This document shows positions 1-12,492 of a DNA stretch of 64,000 nucleotides, one piece after another; the first letter of the stretch is position 1, and each line of letters starts with the position of its first letter. Position numbers and translations under genes: made by a program. A model generated the notes under the pieces. That model saw nothing but the letters and a program-made list of their open reading frames with translations, did no database searches and had not been told where the DNA came from. This stretch comes from Seison nebaliae (Eukaryota). The stretch spans positions 1 through 64,000 of the forward strand of contig JALJEE010003038.1 of the NCBI GenBank assembly GCA_023231475.1, in the 5' to 3' direction.

Positions 1-10
1 TTTTATCGAT

Positions 11-1070
11 GTGTGTCATAATAACCACAAGTTAGACGAATGTGTAAATCTTATTAATCATTCCCATATCTCTTCCTATGACGAATTGATGAAGGTGATC
101 TGTACTCACGGTTCTTCCTTTCATAAGAAATCATTACACAAGAATGATAATCGTCGAACTATTTTCAATTTCGAAAGTATTAGTCATTTAAAAATGAGAG
201 CAAAAAATGCAATTCACCGTTACTATTCGAACAGGGCGTTGAGTAATAGAATATGTATGTATGAGGAAAAAAAACTATTTAGAAGAAGCGTACGTTCCTT
301 AATCTATGAAAACACTTCTTCAAAGTTCAATACGAACATGCTTCAAGTGAACAGTAAGAAATTCTGGCAAGATATTCAGCAGACATCGAGTGTCTCCAGT
401 AATTCTATTCCCGTTGATATTGTAGAATTTAAAGAATTTTGTGAGAAAATGATGGTTGATAGGAAGATTCAATTTCATCATGAGAATGTGGAAAAGGACA
501 TTGAAATGCCGTTTGTGGAGATAAGTATCGATGAAACGAGACAAGCTCTTTCCAATCTTGATGTGAAGAAGTGCCTCCGTTCGGATAATTTATGTCTTCA
601 GATTATCGCAGAATTGAATCCGTCACTGTTCGAAATGATAGTTTCCCATATAAATCGTATAATGATGAGGTGGATTATTCGACTCTTAGGAAGTTCCTTA
701 TAATTCCAATTGTGAAAAGTGGCAGTAAGGACTCGTGCGACGTAAATTCGTACCGTCCAATATCTATTTCTAGTGGAATGATTAAGCTGATGAAAGCCAT
801 CATAAAGCAACGATTAGAAAACATTTTATTTTCAGGCAAATGTCAATTTGCATATCGGTCTACCGGAAGAGGTACTCTTCCGCTTATTCTTCTCTTACGT
901 TATTTCATCGCGAAGTGTAAAAATACCAAATCTAACTTCATAATCTGCTTTCTGGACGCATGAAAAGCGTTTGATTCCGTAGACATCAACTGTGGTATTG
1001 TGTTACTTAGACAGAGTGGTGTTCATGAGAACTATATCCGTTTCATCGAACGTCTATCTAAGCGAAAAAA
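11..1070 (+). mobile_element. Degenerate non-LTR retrotransposon (LINE) ORF2 fragment, N-terminal half of reverse transcriptase
   Basis: Overlapping ORFs 11-703 and 592-963 (frameshift) carry IIPIVK..YRPISISS..KLMKAII, QFAYR and ICFLDA*KAFDSVD. An in-frame TGA at 961-963 falls inside the conserved D.xKAFD motif. Confidence 0.85.
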
Positions 1071-1439
1071 ATTCACAATAATAATTAGTAATCATTTAAT
1101 ATTTTCTATTACAACAACTAGTGCAATTAAAAGTTGACTAGACTTTTACTGAAACATCATTTGACAATAATCTCCCCAAAAATAATTCTAAACTGGAAAT
1201 AAAATATTTTTGCCATGTCTAAAATGAATAATAATTTGTTAAATAATTATGATATTGTGGAAGAAAATGTCTCCCTTCAAGTAGATGACGATAATGAAGT
1301 TCGGTCTTGGATTTCGGTAGTTTAGCACAGTAATGGCCCCGTCAATTGCTTTTTTAGATGATTCATATTTTCTAAAAAGGATAGATGAGATATGGAGTGT
1401 TGTTGTTTGGGGGAAAGAATTCGGATGAAAAATTATCCA

Positions 1440-1790
1440 AGAAGGAAATTGCTCGAAAGAAGTTCCGTTAGGCGATTCGCGATCTAAGTGGGAGAGCAAA
1501 ATCTACCAAGTGAAGCACGATGGGGGATTTAACGTCATTCGCAAGAAGCTTTACAATATTTTCATTGACATGATATCGGAAATGAAGATTGTAAAGGATA
1601 TTGATTTACAGCGCATAGCCACGGATATCAATAACAGTTTGGAAGAAGCATTTCATATTGATGAATTCAAATGTTCGCGCCATTTCATCGACAATTTCAA
1701 AAAAATTCAATCTCTGCTCAAGAGAAATTACGAAATTCTGAGTTACGAGCCTAGCACGCTCCCGTTGCGATTTTGGGAGAACAACAAGGT
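1440..1790 (+). mobile_element. pogo/Tigger-like (CENP-B HTH) transposase remnant
   Basis: IVKDIDLQRIATDI...FKCSRHFIDNFKK resembles the HTH_Tnp_Tc5/CENP-B motif (FKASxxWxxxFK). No DDE domain follows. Confidence 0.6.
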
Positions 1791-1839
1791 TAGTTATCTT
1801 GCAGTTAGTTTACAAGTTGTTAGTTTACTTGTTAGTTAA
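1787..1839. repeat. Short degenerate tandem repeat (GTTAGTT units)
   Basis: gttagttatcttgcagttagtttacaagttgttagtttacttgttagttaa contains four GTTAGTT copies. Confidence 0.6.
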
Positions 1840-2186
1840 TTATTCTTTCTTTTCCAAATATGTATTCTTTTAGACCTTCATTGTGTTCTGTCGAACTATT
1901 GAATTAATACGGAAAGAACTCTAAATGTAAAAGTAAACATTACATATAAACTTACTTGGATAATCGTATGTTAAGATTATGAACTTAATTAAGACTCATA
2001 TACTTTCAACTTGTTTATTATCCTTTTGGAATGGAACATACGAATATACAAAACCAAGACTCAGCTTTTTTCTGTTGACAAACGTTTCCTAAAATTAACA
2101 AAAATAGACATTGGTTAACGCATTATAAAATTTCCGAAATAAAATCTTTTTCCAAGTAATTTAGAAATTTTTTCACATTATATAAA

Positions 2187-3152
2187 ATGAAAATTTCATT
2201 TTTAATACCATGTTTTTTTCTGATAATGTTTTGCAGCATTGATGGTTTGAGTTTCTATTTTTGCATCCGTTTAAGTAAGATTAAATTATCTAACTTCTAA
2301 TAACCAGCTAGACGACGACCTAATTTTAATCTAAAGTGCGATGAATTTTTGACCATAACGTTGATGGACCATCATGACGATTATCCTAATTTCTATATTG
2401 ATGGAAACGTTAGCAAATGTGAGATGCAAGGGAAAACAAACAGACCGATAATTATCGAAAATGATTGCATGACTCGAGTCAGTAACTCAACACATTTCAT
2501 CAAATCATTCATACAAATCGAATTTTTCAATATCATTCAATCTGGAAACGGTTTATTTCAATTTGAATGTACTAACGGCCAAGGCTCTGTATCAGAAGAA
2601 GTCATTTCGAAGTTAATTTATTTGCTTAATTTTATAAAATATTCTTTAAATTAGTATCAACGACATCAATTATATAGCACAATCATCTAATGTTCAATTC
2701 GATGTGTTGCTCGATCTTTCACCAAACCCAATGAAAGTTGGCCATCGTACAACATTAACATTGACAATCGCTGATACTATACTTAATAGTTAATTTTAGT
2801 GACTTAATCTTATCTTCCCTTTATAAACGATTTAACTTCAGAAACTTGTGAAGAATTAAATTGTGAAGTTCTTTGTAAAGCTTGTTTACCTGGAAAATTA
2901 AATTGTCAAGATTTAAAGTTTTTTTCTTCACCACTATATTTTTTCGAATTTATTATAAGCATGTTTAAGCAGGAGATTCTTTTACATCAATTCCCTTTCA
3001 TAGACAATGAGATGAAATTTGAATTTTATGGTTTCCAATTTTTTGACTCCGCCACTATGGAAATTAATTGTGGGGTGACAAATAATTTATACGATTTTGA
3101 TACCGGTATATTGGGAGAAAAATCAAAATTTGTAAAATTATTCACTGATTAA
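2187..3152 (+). CDS. Secreted ZP (zona pellucida)/cuticlin-like domain protein, about 5 exons
   Basis: Signal peptide MKISFLIPCFFLIMFCSIDA. Spliced product LKCDEFLTITL..FYIDGNVSKC..ENDCMTR..FQFEC (ZP-N-like Cys spacing) then KVG..CKAC..FEFYGFQF..EINCGV (ZP-C-like F.F.xF.F..C.V). GTT..AG introns. Confidence 0.55.
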
Positions 3153-3259
3153 ACGTTTATTTCTGAAAGATTTATAACAAATAAAAAAAATAATAAAATA
3201 AAAAATAACATAAACTATTAAAAAACTATAAAATCTTTTTGATTTTATCTTACACTACA

Positions 3260-3320
3260 AATTAGTAGTATATATAGTATATAGTATATACTATACTACT
3301 ATATACTATTAGTACTATAA
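3260..3320. repeat. TA/TAG-rich quasi-palindromic simple repeat
   Basis: tagtagtatatatagtatatagtatatactatactactatatactattagtacta, with perfect core palindrome tatagtatatactata. Confidence 0.7.
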
Positions 3321-3321
3321 C

Positions 3322-3910
3322 TTGCCCCCGCGGGGCAAATCATATAAAAAAAGATAGCTCCTTAAAGCAGTTATTTAAAATAAGGTTCCTACCGATACCA
3401 ATGTACTCCTTGAGTGATTCGAGAACCAGATCACTAATAACAAAATTGGATACAAGTGATAAGGACTCGTCGAGAGAAGATGGAAATTCAAGAGAATAAT
3501 ATCGGCAAAAAAATTGGAGAGGCGACGAGAAGCTCTCACATTGTGTATACGTTGGGACTGGAAGGGCTAATCGGGAAACCGAGTTAATTACTTTCAGATA
3601 CCTCTGTGCCAGAAGTAGCTTTAGAAGAGTCACTTCGCAAATCGAGACATCCGAGCATTCGAACTGTTCTATTATATGTTCGATCAACGCATCGCAATGA
3701 CTTTTCTGTATTCGATATAGAGACTGGCAGCCCATAAAAATCACAACAGTAACACACGAACAATTTCAGTTTCAATTTGATAGAGAAAAACTTGCACCAA
3801 TGATGGTAGGATTAAAAAGATCTAAGGAATTTACATCCTACGCGATCTACTAATGCTGAACTTCTTTTCTTGCTGTCGATATGACATCCCAGGAAACACA
3901 CTATCGAAAA
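3322..3910 (-). mobile_element. 5'-truncated LINE 3' end (copy A)
   Basis: Minus strand reads CFLGCHID (late RT motif)..KLKLFVCYCCDFYG. Clear nucleotide similarity to 44370-44810. Ends in a GC hairpin at 3322-3338. Confidence 0.75.
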
Positions 3911-4459
3911 GTAGCCGCAGATTTTTTAAAAGATTTATTAATTTTTTCCGGCATGTCAAAAAAAAACTAATATCTAAAAAAATAATATTGGAATAATTTT
4001 CGAACAATTATCGGCAATTAAAGAAAATAAACAGCCGTCCAATGAACCAGTGGCTAAATTAATAGATTATCTTTTTCTAAAAAAATTACTTGATGATCGA
4101 CGATGGCACTTACTATTCATATACCTTTAAAACATATGTAAAATATTCCAACTGAATCCGATTAATTTAGATACACAGTACGGTTTCTTGATCAATCGCA
4201 ACATAATTCGTGAAAAAAACTTCAAAAGAATTATAATCAGTCGAAAGATTTTTGATAAATCAAAATTGAATCAAAGGATATTGATAGATTGGACAAGGTT
4301 AATTAATGATTATAAAATATTTATTCACAACGCGGAAATTTGATTTGAATAAAAAATATTAAAAAAGGTAAAATTTTATAGTGATAAAACTGGGATTGAG
4401 GTTGACAAAAATTGAGGTAATGTTCCTTTATTATCATGGCGTCACACATTTTCGAGAAT

Positions 4460-4954
4460 TCACAATCTCTTTATTCGTTTCACTAATCTCTCCGATCTTC
4501 TAAGACCTTCTCTATTTTTCACGTTATTCCCATCATCATTTATCGACTTCATTTTCTTTTTCTCACTTTTCTTTAGATTTACTTCTCCCACACTTCTCTC
4601 CGGTTCGTCATCCGTCTTATCTTCTTTAATCGTCAGATTTATTTTCTCATTCATCTTATCCAAAAGTAAACAAGAAAAATCGTTAATTTTATTTTTTAAT
4701 CGATCTTGATCTTTCTGTATGGTAGTGCATAGGTCCTTGAACGTACCTTTACCATTACGTTTTTCCATTTCACACTCTTTCCTTAAATCGTCCAAACTGT
4801 CCATTGCTGCTGCGAAATATATTTCAAATATGTCGAACTTCTCCCAAAATTTATTAGTGGTTGAACCAGAAGTATTATCGCCAACGTTCATTTTATCAAA
4901 CGTCTTCTGCCTCATTGAATATGTTTCGTACGCTTCATTCTCATTTATGGACAT
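4460..4954 (-). CDS. Intronless 164-aa charged coiled-coil ORF, possibly transposon-associated
   Basis: Intact ATG-to-stop ORF, helical and K/E-rich, ending LRRSERL. Lies downstream of the integrase/PHD remnant on the same strand. Confidence 0.35.
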   Translation of the reverse strand: MSINENEAYETYSMRQKTFDKMNVGDNTSGSTTNKFWEKFDIFEIYFAAAMDSLDDLRKECEMEKRNGKGTFKDLCTTIQKDQDRLKNKINDFSCLLLDKMNEKINLTIKEDKTDDEPERSVGEVNLKKSEKKKMKSINDDGNNVKNREGLRRSERLVKRIKRL

Positions 4955-5106
4955 GATATTGAGAAAACAATTTACGTTACAATACGTAAAGAAGATATAA
5001 AGGTGTTCTTTATTATTAGAATCAAAAGCAGGATTGAAAAGAATAAGAGAGATTCGTACACTTACGAGTTTCCCTCATATTAACATATCTTTCATGTTAC
5101 GTTTAG

Positions 5107-6010
5107 TTAGATAGTTCTATCATATTTAGATTTAATTATTTGGCTTGCAACTACACTCGTCCCTCTTCTGAAAGTGGTTGTAACATTCCGACGAGCCCAA
5201 CCAAATTTTGAACCCTTGATTTCCAACATCGTTGGCGAAACAAGGATTTGATCGCAATCGCTATTTTCACATTTGATGAGGTTAGCCTTGCTTTCTTTTT
5301 CGCAAATGCAATTCTGTTTCTTCCGTTTGTACATGGCTAATTATGTTTCTTGTCGAGTGTTGTTTCCCTTCTCATTTTCGATAACCTGTTGGTAGAGATG
5401 TTGTATTGGTGATTGTATGATTTGTATGTTGATTGGTGAATATTTAGCTTTCCCATAAAAATCGTTCGGTTGAAAGTTCGAACCGAAGTTCTGAAGTTAT
5501 TGTACGAGATTGACCTCGCAATCATAGATTCCAGATATTCGCAAATATTTCGACTATGGATGTTTTTTAATGCGAATGCGAAGAGAAATGTACTGAAATG
5601 ATGTTCTATATATAATATATATAAATGATACCCGTTTTCATTAATCGATTTTTCGAGAGGACCAGAACAATCCATTGTCCATATTTCATTTGGTTGGACT
5701 GTTGATATTTTCAACCAAAACTTTCTACGGTTTCTGGATCATCCTGACATTTTGAAATAACCGTTTGCCAGATGTTTTTCAGGATGAACAGCGTGAATTC
5801 TCCTGCTGCTAATTCTATCCACAAAATATCATTCTTCTATTTAATTTTTTTTGTCGTGATTCAATATAACTTGGTCCATATCTACTTCGATAGCAATTCT
5901 TTTCATTCTTCTTCCCAATTCCACACAATCTTCGTCTATTTTTTGATTGTTCGTTATAATTGCTTCGATACTGTTGCATTCTACTATTGTTACATAGTTT
6001 GGAGATAGTA
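5107..6010 (-). mobile_element. Decayed retroviral-type integrase with downstream PHD-finger remnant (Ginger- or Gypsy-like)
   Basis: QPNEIWTMDCSGPL..YILYIEHHFSTFLFAFAL matches the start of the rve core (P.e.w.xD.xGPL..yil..vD.FSk). CICEK..LIKCENSDC is a PHD N-half. Frameshifts and stops throughout. Confidence 0.7.
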
Positions 6011-6403
6011 CATCCGCAATTGCATTTTCTCTCGAAATCGGCTATCGGGCAAAATTGATTTTTTTTAATGCCCTAACTTTCTTCGAATTTCATTAAAGGC
6101 ATCGAGACAGACCTGGTTCAAAAACTTTTTCATTGGTATGATATAAAACAATGTTCGGAATGGTTTTTTTGACCACCTTATAGATCATTCACTTGTCAGT
6201 TTAATCAATTTCGTTCACTAAATTTCAATACAAATTTTTCGTTTGTTTAAATTAAAATTTAATGGATGGCTTTGCTTCCCATTTAAATTAATTTACTTTC
6301 TGTCCTTTATCAACTACATTGAAATAGGTGTGAAAATATTATTTACTTAAGTCAGGTGAATAGTATATCAGATTGAATCATTATAATAATTCCAACTGAC
6401 GAA

Positions 6404-8442
6404 ATGGATGGAAATCTGCTTTATCAATTTTTAACGAATTTTGTGTCTAGAGAAACGATTTTGGCATATGTTAATATTTTTGGTCTTATCATGACGAAAA
6501 ACTAAATCATGATTAGAGAGATTTTTTTTCATATTTTAATGACATTAGAGAAGGAATTGGGGAAATTATCAATGATTCAATCAAACAATATTCACATTTA
6601 TCCGTTGTGATGACAACGGTAGTTTTCATGTTACTTTTCAATCATATCTTCAATTGGTTATTTGGAGAAGAACATGAATTTAGTTAGTTATTTTGTTATG
6701 TACAAAACGAATGATAATTGTTCCAATCAGATATTTTCACAAGAATGAAATTATCAATTTTTCGTCTTTTGCGTCAAATGCCAATAATTTCTGGTTTTAT
6801 TGAAAAAGAAATAATGTCAGCACGTCAAATGTTGCAGAATGGTGTTGAAGAGAATAATAAAAATGTTGGCTATACATTAACTCTTCCAAAAGATGGTTTG
6901 AGTGATAAGGACATATTGAGCACAATGAAGAAATATCAAAAATTGCAAACTGTCAATTGGAAGGAACAATGTTCTGGTACTGTTTATGGTGCCGTCGACG
7001 ACGTTACGGAATTATGTACAAATATTTTTAGGAGCCAAATGTATTCAAATCTTTTACATCCTGATGTCTTCCCAGATGCGAGAAAAATGGAAGTCGAAGT
7101 TGTTCGATGGGTTTCAAACGGATTCAATGGCGATGACAATGTCGTCGGATGTGTAACAAGTGGAGGAACGGAAAGTATCATGTTGGCATGTAAAAGTTCT
7201 CGAGAACGTGCCAGAGCGAAAGGAATCAAATTTCCAGAAATGATTTTAGCAACATCTGCTCATGTGGCATTTCATAAAGCAGCTGATTATTTCGGTATCA
7301 GAACAAAAATTGTATCGATTGATAATAAGACGAAACAAATTAAAGTTTCGGAAATGAAGAAGAAAATAACGAAGAACACTTGTCTCTTAGTTGGATCAAC
7401 TCCACCATATCCCCATGGAATTTGCGATCCAATTGAAGAAATTTCAAAAGTTTTTTTTTCTTTATTAATTTATAATTTCTTATAGTGTTTCTTATAATTT
7501 TTATTTTAACAAAATTTTGAAAATTTAAAGTTGGGTGAAAAATATGATATTCTTGTTCATGTTGACGCATGTTTAGGAGGATTCATCCTGATGTTTCTCG
7601 AAGAAGCTGGTTTTGGTGATCGCAAACCAATTTGTGATTTTAGATTGTCTGGAGTAACTTCAATTTCATGTGATACTCATAAAGTTTTTTAAGTTTCTTT
7701 TTTTATTTGTCATAACTTTTCCGTTACAGTATGGCTACTGTCCTAAAGGTTCTAGCGTTATTCTTTATCGAAATAGTTCAATTCGTCGATATCAATATTT
7801 CAACTATGTTAATTGGCCGGGAGGAATATATGCAGCAGCTACATTTGCAGGATCTAAACCAGGTGCATTGATCGCCACCACTTGGGCTACTTTGTTACAT
7901 TTTGGTGTGAATGGATATGCAGATTGTGTTCGGAATATTATAGAAATTGCCGATTATTGGAGAAAAGCGTTTAGTTCAATAATTTCTTTTCGAATTCTAT
8001 ATTATTTGAAGAATTACAAACATGGCCGATATCGAATTAATGGGGAAAAGTAATTTATCTGTAATTGCTATTCAATCAAAGACGTTGAATGTTCACAAGA
8101 TTGGTGAAGAAATGAATGAAATAGGATGGCATCTTACTCATTTACAATTTCCATCCGGGTTCTATAATTTATCTCTTGAAAAAATTGTGAATAATTTATT
8201 AAAATAATAGAATTCATATTGCAGTAACTTTATGTCACACGAGACCAAATGTTAAGAAACGTTTTATTGACGATTTACGAGTGGCAGTTGAACGTGTGAA
8301 AAAGAATCCAAATGTGAAGAAGGATGAAATGGCTGCCATTTATGGAACTACACAGAAAGTGTCGGATCGAACAATCATCGAAGACATCGCTAAAGAATAT
8401 CTAGATGCCAATCTTTCCATCAATCATTTACTTAAAAAGTAA
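6404..8442 (+). CDS. SGPL1: Sphingosine-1-phosphate lyase (PLP-dependent), 7 exons
   Basis: N-terminal TM segment, then [48 protein letters not shown] (PLP lysine) and AAIYG. Six GTT-AG introns restore the frame. Confidence 0.96.
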
Positions 8443-8485
8443 TTTGAATGAAAGATTATTTTCGTTAAGAAATTTGTGATTAAAA

Positions 8486-10293
8486 ATGATGTTGATTTGT
8501 ATTTTAATAATAAATTTCGATTTCGTTTATTCGACTTTCACTTTTCGTGGTCTCAATTTAGACCATTATCATAAGACTCTTCATACACATGCTCATCAAT
8601 ATGTAAAGGAATTATCTAAAAAATGGTATTTCGAAATGTTCTCACCATTCCCCATCGAACATACTGATAAATATTCGTTATATCGATTAGGGTCTCGATT
8701 CAATAAACAACATCCTTATTTGTTGAAAGTTTTATTAATGTTAAATAAATTTGGAATTTATTTTCCGGATAGATTCGTTGGGAGAGCAGTGAAGATGATA
8801 TATTTCCATATTCCGCCACATTGAATGAGATGGCAACATTAAAGGATCTTTATCAACAAGTATTACAACGAGGACGACTAGATGCAATGATTGCAATGGA
8901 CAGTCGCTTTAGTTTTAAGAGATTAATTCCCTTGCCAATTTATTCGATGCATATCGATCCTGATATTGGTTTTATTAAATTTCAGACTTGTTTAAAAACT
9001 TCCCTTCTTAGAGGGTGGGAGATTTCCACATTTAGATCCTTTAAAAAAATATTCCGCATTACTAACTAAAGGAAGTACTCATTCTGTTAATGGAAGATGG
9101 TTGTCAATTACTGATATCATAAGGAATCCATTAGATGAACAATTGTCGATTCCACAAGCACCGAATGCTGTGGATATCCTAATAATATTAAAACAAATGA
9201 TGTACTTCGTTCAAACGTTACATGAAGGAAGGTTTCTTTTTCTGTACGATTCTTAATTAAACGAAACGTCTAAAGATTTTTCTTGTGTGGAACATCACCT
9301 AATACAATTCTATTGGATATGTCATGGGTAAGGAATGTAAATCGAATAAAGAATCATTTGCGCAAGAAATTCTATTGGAAAATGAGAAGTGGAAAGTTGA
9401 AACGTCTAGGTCCGAAAAACTTAAATTTTCGACGTTTACTTAAGAAAATCAGACAACAAGTTTATAAAAATAACACAAATTCCGATTATCAGTGTCTTAC
9501 TGATACTGGAAATTACAAATGGAGAAATATCATGTCCGTCAACTCACGAATAGCGAGAAAGTTCGCTAATCAGAAAGTCTCGTTGAATACGGAACAAATT
9601 GATCAGTATCTCTCATATCCAAATGTATTATTTGCGAATATTGGAGAAGGAAAATTTTTGAAGCCAACAGTGTCGTTGAACTTGGCAATTTCTGCATCGA
9701 CCAAAGTTGATTGTTCTCATTCAAACGATTGGTGTGATATTGCCTATGCAACATTTCTTTTAATACTTCGGGCTTCCGATGAATTTCATTGGAAAAATTT
9801 AAAAATGGAACAAACAAGAAAAAATGTGAAAATAAAATATGGTTATAATATTGTTGAACAACCATATTTCGATTCTAACATCCTTCCCGAAAAATATAAA
9901 CAAATGTGGAAGAACCGTTATAAAAAAGCTTGGAGATTTAAACCTTTATATGATCTATTTTCTGATGCGGTAATACCACGTAACTTGAAAATAGAAACAG
10001 GTGACAAGAATATTTATCAAAAGAATATTTGGATATCAAAAGATGATTTTATTAGAATCGTCACTAACGATCGTTTATTATCAATTCTATCAGTACGTCA
10101 TTTTTATGAAGAAGATTGGTTATTTAATAATCATAACATAACGGATGATGAGCTGAGAAATGTTCGAGATAAAAAGAAACTTTATGAAAAAGAACTTTTT
10201 ACAATTATAACGTTTCTTACTAAAACACATTGTCGTGTTAATGCAGCGGAGGAATTCGATGTTGATGCAATGAGGAAAAAATTTTTTAAATAA
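8486..10293 (+). CDS. Signal-peptide-bearing divergent protein kinase-fold protein (probable pseudokinase), 4 exons
   Basis: MMLICILIINFDFVYS signal-like N-terminus. Spliced product has YLLK (beta3), NE (alphaC), QMMYFVQTLHEGR|FFLCGTSPNTILLD (subdomain VI with HRD lost), VLFANIG (DFG position) and DWCD (subdomain IX-like). Confidence 0.55.
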
Positions 10294-10434
10294 AAATCAT
10301 CAAAATGATTAAATTATTTCATCTAAAACATAAATAAAAAACGACAAAAAATTAGAAATACAGTTTAATATATAGTTTCGAAAAAAAAACTTTCAAATAT
10401 TTATTTTATTTACAAATATGAAATATCTTAAAAG

Positions 10435-11336
10435 TTATTTCAATAATTCCGTTCGTGCTTTCCCTACAAGTTTAAATGCATCTTCGCTTTTTGGATGACG
10501 GTTTTTATCTGGATGCAACATCTTCGCCAGTCTCCGATAAGCATTGTTGATTTCATCTTTATTGGCATTAGTGGGAATATTCAATCGTTCATGACAAGTT
10601 TTAGCGAGAAGTACTCGATCAATCTCTTGTTCTTGAGATATTGTACATTTGACATTAAGAGAAGTTAATTGTGACTCATTTCGAATATCATCTGCAGTTA
10701 CTTGTGATTTCATGATCCTAAGCGAATTGTCAAATATCGTTGAGAATAGTTTGTCCACATTCTCACCAGATAATGAAGATACTTCAAAATAATCATGAAA
10801 ATTGTTCTCCAACGCAAATTTCTTCACTTTAAACAAATCCACTTGACGACGTGCCGCTTGATCTAACTTAGTTCCACATAAATAACACAAATGAGTTTTC
10901 AACTTCTTCGACTCATCTTTTATTTCCGATAACCAGAACTTCAGCGAACTAAAACTATTTAAGTCTGTTATATCGTAACACAATAGAATCACATCGTAAT
11001 CTGTATAGAATTCGTTTCTGACGTTGTAGAAGAAAGTTTGACCGCCCATATCAAATATGTTTACCTATTTTTTCAGGAAATCGATATAAATAGAAATCGA
11101 AATATTTTAGATAAACTATCATCTTTTCGTCACCAGATGTGTAAGTGGTCACACCATAATCTATACCAATTGTCATTAAATATTTGTTAACAAATCTCTT
11201 CTCACAATATCGTTTAATAAGACATGATTTTCCTGTAAGAACCGTCAATAAATGATAATAGATAAATATGCAAACCAGTTTCCGCAGGTCCAGTCGTAAC
11301 AACTTTAATCGTGTATGGCTCACTTATATCTTCCAT
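10435..11336 (-). CDS. DNAJC27: DnaJ homolog subfamily C member 27 (RabJ: Rab-like GTPase plus J domain), 3 exons
   Basis: IKVVTTGPAETG|KSCLIKRYCEKRFVNKYLMTIGIDYGV, VNIFDMGGQ, TKLD, EVSS, and a C-terminal J domain YRRLAKMLHPDKN..SEDAFK. Confidence 0.95.
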
Positions 11337-12492
11337 ATTTATATTTCTTTCTGAAGGTCTTGATCAAATATAACGTATCTGACTAATTAACATTATCGAC
11401 TGCGACCGACTAATGTTCGACTATTGTCGTCAAAAGATATTATATAATCCGCTACTTCTTGTTGTCTTGGAAACAAAAAACTATTGTGTCTTCTTATTAA
11501 CAATTCTATTAATCTTTAACAACGAAGCCTCTTGTTATCACAAGTAATTAATTCATCATAATTACCGGAAAGAACGACATACTATGGAACGTTCATAAAG
11601 GGAAATGTTACGATGAAATAACTCATAAAATATCAAATAAAATTTGTAGCAAATATTCTTTGTTTTCTAAAGATTGTCTTGAAATTAAAATTTTGTAGTT
11701 ATTTTTTATTATAAATATCCAGTTTATTAAATTATATTGAAGAACTTATATGACCTTTTCGCTTTTTCCAAAATTATAAATCCGTAAAGTGCTTTTCATA
11801 AAAAGTTTATTGTTCATGAGTTAGCATTATAACGGCAATGGAAAAATGAAGGACTATAATATAGAATCAAAAGAAGTTATGGTGCAGTTTCTTGGAATTC
11901 ATTTGCTAAGACAAATTATGATTATCTTACTATAATTTTATTTTAATTTTACTTATTTACTAAAATTTATAAAAAAAAATATAAAAATTTGTATAATGAT
12001 TTGAAAAATCGAACTCTTATTATTAGGGTCTTTCCTTATCAACGAACGAACTTATTTAGTCATTTTAACCGAAAGCTGTAATCATAACTTACAAGTAGAC
12101 TGTTGTTAGAAGTGTTTGACAACGTAAACAGGCTTCAAATGTTTTTCCTTATCGAACAAAAAACTTCAGAATATAGTTGCTTTTATAGCAAAATATATTT
12201 CATTAATTACAGAAAGTTATTCTTAAAATTTTTATTTAGAATAATAAATTTAAACTTTCAAATACGCAATAAAACAACTGTATATAATATAGCTAGAAAT
12301 AATATACCGGGATGAATTTTTAATTTCTCTTTTCATTTTTGGAGTACCACAGATGGTGTAAAATGGTATGATAATAAGTTTGTTGATTGTCATTTAAAAT
12401 GGAACCATTACCCTACACGTAGAGAATTCATGATTAATTTGTCCACCTTTATTTTGTTATTTGTCTCATGTTAAAGAAGTTATGTGAATTAA

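Noticed and set aside
961..963. TGA within the RT motif as possible recoding or alternative genetic code
   Set aside because: The element is also frameshifted, and host genes use TGA/TAA/TAG as normal stops and TGG for Trp.
1239..1499. 86-aa minus-strand ORF
   Set aside because: Antisense to the decayed pogo-like region; no motif.
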